A model generated the notes under the pieces. That model did not search any database and was not told the origin of the DNA. It was given only the letters and a program-made list of their open reading frames with translations. Below are positions 25,020 to 27,748 of a stretch of 27,748 bases of DNA, piece after piece. Position 1 is the first letter of the stretch. Each line of letters starts with the position of its first letter. This stretch comes from Anaerolineae bacterium (GTDB lineage: Bacteria > Chloroflexota > Anaerolineae > Promineifilales > Promineifilaceae): NCBI GenBank assembly GCA_028284105.1, contig JANQSK010000446.1:1-27748 (forward strand), read 5' to 3'. The translations under genes and the position numbers were made by a program.

Positions 25020-26549
25020 TTATGAAGTTGCTCGACGACGAGCATGCTTCCTTTGTCGTTTCTTACTGCCGCTGCTTTGGGTTACCCGATGTACAGGAAT
25101 TTCAGGAAGGGGGCGTTCTTTATCTTTTAATCCGTCAATGATGAGTTGCCGCATTGTTTCATCAATGAGGGGATCGATCGGTTGTTGTTGATAGCTATTG
25201 AGCAAGTCGTTAACGGCCGTTGCTGCCCGTTCTTCTAATTTCGGACTACCTCGTTTTGCCCAATTTTCCCGATTAGAACGATCTGTGACGGGATGGGGCA
25301 TGTAAAGGTGATTCGGCCAATGCTCAAGCGTATGCTCTGATGTGATGAGATGTTGTTCGCGCATAAGCTCATCTATCAAATGATCAACCGGCAAGTCATC
25401 GATAATTTCCATTTCGCGTGTAAGGTGGAGCGCTTGTCCGCATAAATCGTTATCCATGACCAATTTTGTGAGGCTAAAGACCATAACAAAATCGAGCATA
25501 CCCGGACCTGATACTGAGTTGACACCGGCTAAGGCAGCCAGTAAAGCACTGCCGAACGTTTCTGCACCGGCTTGAGCATCTAAGAATTTGCTATCGCTCA
25601 GAGCCATATAAGATTGGGTCGGCAATTTAAGATATTTCGCTACTTCAACATAGGCGAGGTCAAGATGAAGCGCATCGATACCTAACATGGGGGACGAGGC
25701 TTCTTTCATGTGGAAAGCGGCTGGTGCGCCACCAAACAACACAGGTGCGCCAGGTTTGATTATTTGCGCCATGGTGATGCCAGCGAGCACATCAACGGTG
25801 TGGAATACTGTTGCCCCAACAAGTGTGACTGGTGCAATTAGCCCCATTAAAGTGACTGGCACAATTTCAATAGGAATACCCCATTCAACGCAGTCAAGCA
25901 GATTTTGGCACGAATCTTCGCTATATCTAAAGTTACCCGTGGCCGTAATTGTGAAAATTGACATCGGCTTGGCAATGAGATCTTCCTTGTCTTTGCGGAA
26001 TAGCTTCATCATTTCGGCCATGCGCGGAACGCCGTGCTCAGTGAATGCCCCTGAAACAACGGGTTTCTTGGAATGTTTTAAACAGAGATAGAGCCGCCAA
26101 GCATCCGATACATCCGCTTCAATGTCATCATTGGTTGAAAAAGCGGTAGCTAAGTAGGCGATGTTTTCAAGTTGATCTGTTATTTTGACATATTCAACAA
26201 AATCGGCCGTGTTGGCTAATCGAGTTTGCTGCGTGCGATGGTCTAAAATCTTTAAACCGCTAGATGCTGGTGTAAAGTGAACGTTATTCCCACCGATGGT
26301 TGTGTAATAGTTCCCTTCTCGATCAAACAAGTCAAATGTTTCCGGGCAAGAGGCAATGGCTTTATCTATGACATCAGTTGGAAACAAAATCCGACTGCCA
26401 GATTCATCGGTTGGGAGGCCCGCATCAAGCATGCGTTGAAATAGCTCTTTGCTCCTGACTTCTATACCAATTGTTGATAAAACCCGTTTTGATTCGGATA
26501 AGATTTTTTCAATAAGTGATTCTGAAATTACTTTGACATGTGGGCGCAT
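25020..26549 (-). CDS. Trimethylamine methyltransferase (MttB) superfamily protein, non-pyrrolysine (MtgB-like)
   Basis: [57 protein letters not shown], and KLVMDND. The 509-codon frame has no in-frame TAG. Confidence 0.9.
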   Translation of the reverse strand: MRPHVKVISESLIEKILSESKRVLSTIGIEVRSKELFQRMLDAGLPTDESGSRILFPTDVIDKAIASCPETFDLFDREGNYYTTIGGNNVHFTPASSGLKILDHRTQQTRLANTADFVEYVKITDQLENIAYLATAFSTNDDIEADVSDAWRLYLCLKHSKKPVVSGAFTEHGVPRMAEMMKLFRKDKEDLIAKPMSIFTITATGNFRYSEDSCQNLLDCVEWGIPIEIVPVTLMGLIAPVTLVGATVFHTVDVLAGITMAQIIKPGAPVLFGGAPAAFHMKEASSPMLGIDALHLDLAYVEVAKYLKLPTQSYMALSDSKFLDAQAGAETFGSALLAALAGVNSVSGPGMLDFVMVFSLTKLVMDNDLCGQALHLTREMEIIDDLPVDHLIDELMREQHLITSEHTLEHWPNHLYMPHPVTDRSNRENWAKRGSPKLEERAATAVNDLLNSYQQQPIDPLIDETMRQLIIDGLKDKERPLPEIPVHRVTQSSGSKKRQRKHARRRATS

Positions 26550-26640
26550 AGTTTTAGCTCGTTAATTATTATTTCTAATTGGAAGTTTAACATGGGGCTT
26601 TTTGACGGGCGAATCCATAATTTGTGGCTAAAATGAAATT

Positions 26641-27432
26641 ATGAGTGACTCCCATTTAACGATAGTAGCGATTCATGGAAATGGCGGCGGCTCATTCCGT
26701 TTTTCGTTTTTAATGGAGCATATCCCTAAGCATGTCAATTTTGTGGCTGTCACCTTACCAGGATTTGCTGGCGTGCCATTAAATCATTCAGTCTCTTCTG
26801 TTGAAGATTTAGCAGAGATTTTGCATGAAGAGCTTTGTGGGTCTGAATTGCCTGAGGGATGGCTCTCCTCCCAATCGTGGACGAGTTTGGAGAAACGGCC
26901 GTTTATTCTATTAGGTACTGGCATTGGGGGGTCTATTGCCCTTCAGTATGCTCAAAAGTACGCTCATTATTTAGCGGGGTTAATTTTACACGCACCTGTG
27001 GGAACAAGATTAGATACGCGTTGGTTCCCAAGATTAATGAGCTTACCCATTAATCGAAAAATTGGGAAGATGGTTTTTACATCTTCCTTGATACGTCCTT
27101 TTTGGCGGAAAGTATTATTTACAAAGCCCCTTCCAAAAGAGGAAGAAACGCAATTTTTTGACGAGTATCGGCAATGTCAATTATTTGGTGAACTGTTTGA
27201 TTGGATTACGCCAGAGTGGTTCAATACGCTCAAACCTGTTGCAATACCTGCCGCTTTATTGTGGGGAGAGCGTGAACGCGTGCTAACAGTCGACCAACTA
27301 GACGACTATAAAGCATTATTACTTGAACCTATTATCCACACGGAACCCGATTGGGATCATTTCCCTATGTTGGATACACCTAAACAGTTTGTTGAGGTGC
27401 TAACGTCACTGAGTCTGAAAATTTCTGAATAA
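26641..27432 (+). CDS. Alpha/beta-hydrolase-fold protein lacking the canonical Ser nucleophile
   Basis: VAIHGNGGG, LPGFAG, LLGTGIGGSIALQYA (elbow with Gly at the nucleophile position), LILHAP, LLWGERE, and DHFPML. Confidence 0.85.
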   Translation: MSDSHLTIVAIHGNGGGSFRFSFLMEHIPKHVNFVAVTLPGFAGVPLNHSVSSVEDLAEILHEELCGSELPEGWLSSQSWTSLEKRPFILLGTGIGGSIALQYAQKYAHYLAGLILHAPVGTRLDTRWFPRLMSLPINRKIGKMVFTSSLIRPFWRKVLFTKPLPKEEETQFFDEYRQCQLFGELFDWITPEWFNTLKPVAIPAALLWGERERVLTVDQLDDYKALLLEPIIHTEPDWDHFPMLDTPKQFVEVLTSLSLKISE

Positions 27433-27748
27433 GCTCTGATGAAAATTGAAGAATGTCTTGCGTGGGGTACTTTGAAATGAACCGACAGGAAAATGTTTCT
27501 GGGATATCAAATTCGTTGAGGATAGGAACGGCCGTGTCCATTGCTGCCATGTAGCCTTTGTTTTGATTGATCATTGAAAAAAGGAGATGGGTTCGGGGGT
27601 CTGTGAGTAGAGAGGCAGTCGATTCTGTGCCGCCGGGAATAATAACGAGATCGTTGTCTGTATTTGAAGATTTCAACTCGCTCAGAGTGATATCTCCTTT
27701 TATATAAACACCGTGTTTGCTGTTTACAAGCCTTTTTGAAAGACTAAC
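27380..27748 (-). CDS. 3' part of a DJ-1/PfpI-like protein (5' end outside the window), with Asp at the catalytic Cys position
   Basis: The frame is open from the window edge: ...VNSKHGVYIKGDITLSEL...DLVIIPGG...KGYMAAMDTAV. The PGG-to-AAxx spacing is 27 aa, as I recall for human DJ-1. Overlaps the convergent alpha/beta-hydrolase gene by 53 nt. Confidence 0.7.
   Translation of the reverse strand, partial: VSLSKRLVNSKHGVYIKGDITLSELKSSNTDNDLVIIPGGTESTASLLTDPRTHLLFSMINQNKGYMAAMDTAVPILNEFDIPETFSCRFISKYPTQDILQFSSELIQKFSDSVTLAPQQTV

Larger units (their letters stand above)
594..27535. repeat. Highly iterated palindrome ACGGCCGT (core of WACGGCCGTW), 39 dispersed copies
   Basis: Starts found by eye: 594, 1121, 3006, 3298, 3429, 3981, 4377, 4676, 5857, 6375, 8625, 8984, 9823, 10138, 10407, 10507, 10612, 11798, 13167, 13561, 14202, 15380, 15554, 15773, 16267, 17401, 17939, 18604, 19515, 19977, 20527, 21043, 21869, 22115, 23155, 24094, 25213, 26895, 27528. 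Random expectation at about 42% GC is about 0.2 copies. Confidence 0.95.

Noticed and set aside
11080-25045. Upstream starts in the ORF track at 11080, 12242, 12963, 20609 and 25045
   Set aside because: Each overlaps the preceding gene by tens of nt. Downstream ATGs (11134, 12305, 12990, 20573, 25006) give normal coupling and/or an SD.
20578-26549. Pyrrolysine or selenocysteine recoding in mttB or the Mo-enzyme
   Set aside because: Both frames are open end to end, with no internal TAG or TGA.
594-27535. ACGGCCGT copies as a CRISPR array or REP/mobile repeat
   Set aside because: The copies are only 8-10 bp, irregularly spaced, mostly inside genes in frame without insertions, and there are no cas genes or flanking homology.
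1-27748. rRNA, tRNA, transposase, integrase or prophage genes
   Set aside because: Nothing recognisable. The intergenic gaps lack cloverleaf (TTCGAATC) signatures, and all long ORFs are accounted for.

Overview
This is a gene-dense, moderately AT-rich bacterial window (roughly 42% GC by eye). Gene content suggests Chloroflexota/Anaerolineae, which is an inference. Positions 339-15755 are one co-directional + strand run: trmFO, a soluble histidine kinase, a DUF4139/DUF4140 (MuiA-like) protein, hflX, a small membrane protein, an M20 hydrolase, TatD, GT2, an RHH-like protein, GT4, a cupin, a class-V PLP enzyme, a PlsC-like acyltransferase and a NACHT-FGE protein. An AT-rich gap follows, then an envelope/metal-related block: a YceI lipoprotein, a small membrane protein, a His-rich ORF with a polyproline tail and a Met/His-rich lipoprotein. 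A - strand catabolic block carries a non-pyrrolysine MttB, a C45 Ntn-hydrolase, a dienelactone hydrolase, a molybdopterin oxidoreductase and a dihydropyrimidinase. The window ends with an alpha/beta-hydrolase-fold gene and a partial DJ-1-like gene, each lacking the canonical nucleophile. I saw no rRNA, tRNA, CRISPR array or transposase. Strongest unexplained signals: (1) the palindrome ACGGCCGT occurs 39 times by manual count, about 200x random expectation, in all three reading frames, like cyanobacterial HIP1; (2) a candidate Cys-free, His-based metal-sensing ribosome-stalling leader (17876-18316) whose stop-codon region is complementary to the Shine-Dalgarno of the downstream metal-binding lipoprotein; (3) a 116-bp MITE-like element in two copies; (4) an identical TGATTAATCACC site exactly 24 nt upstream of two start codons. 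All counts and alignments were done by eye, family assignments come from recalled motifs, and no database searches were run.
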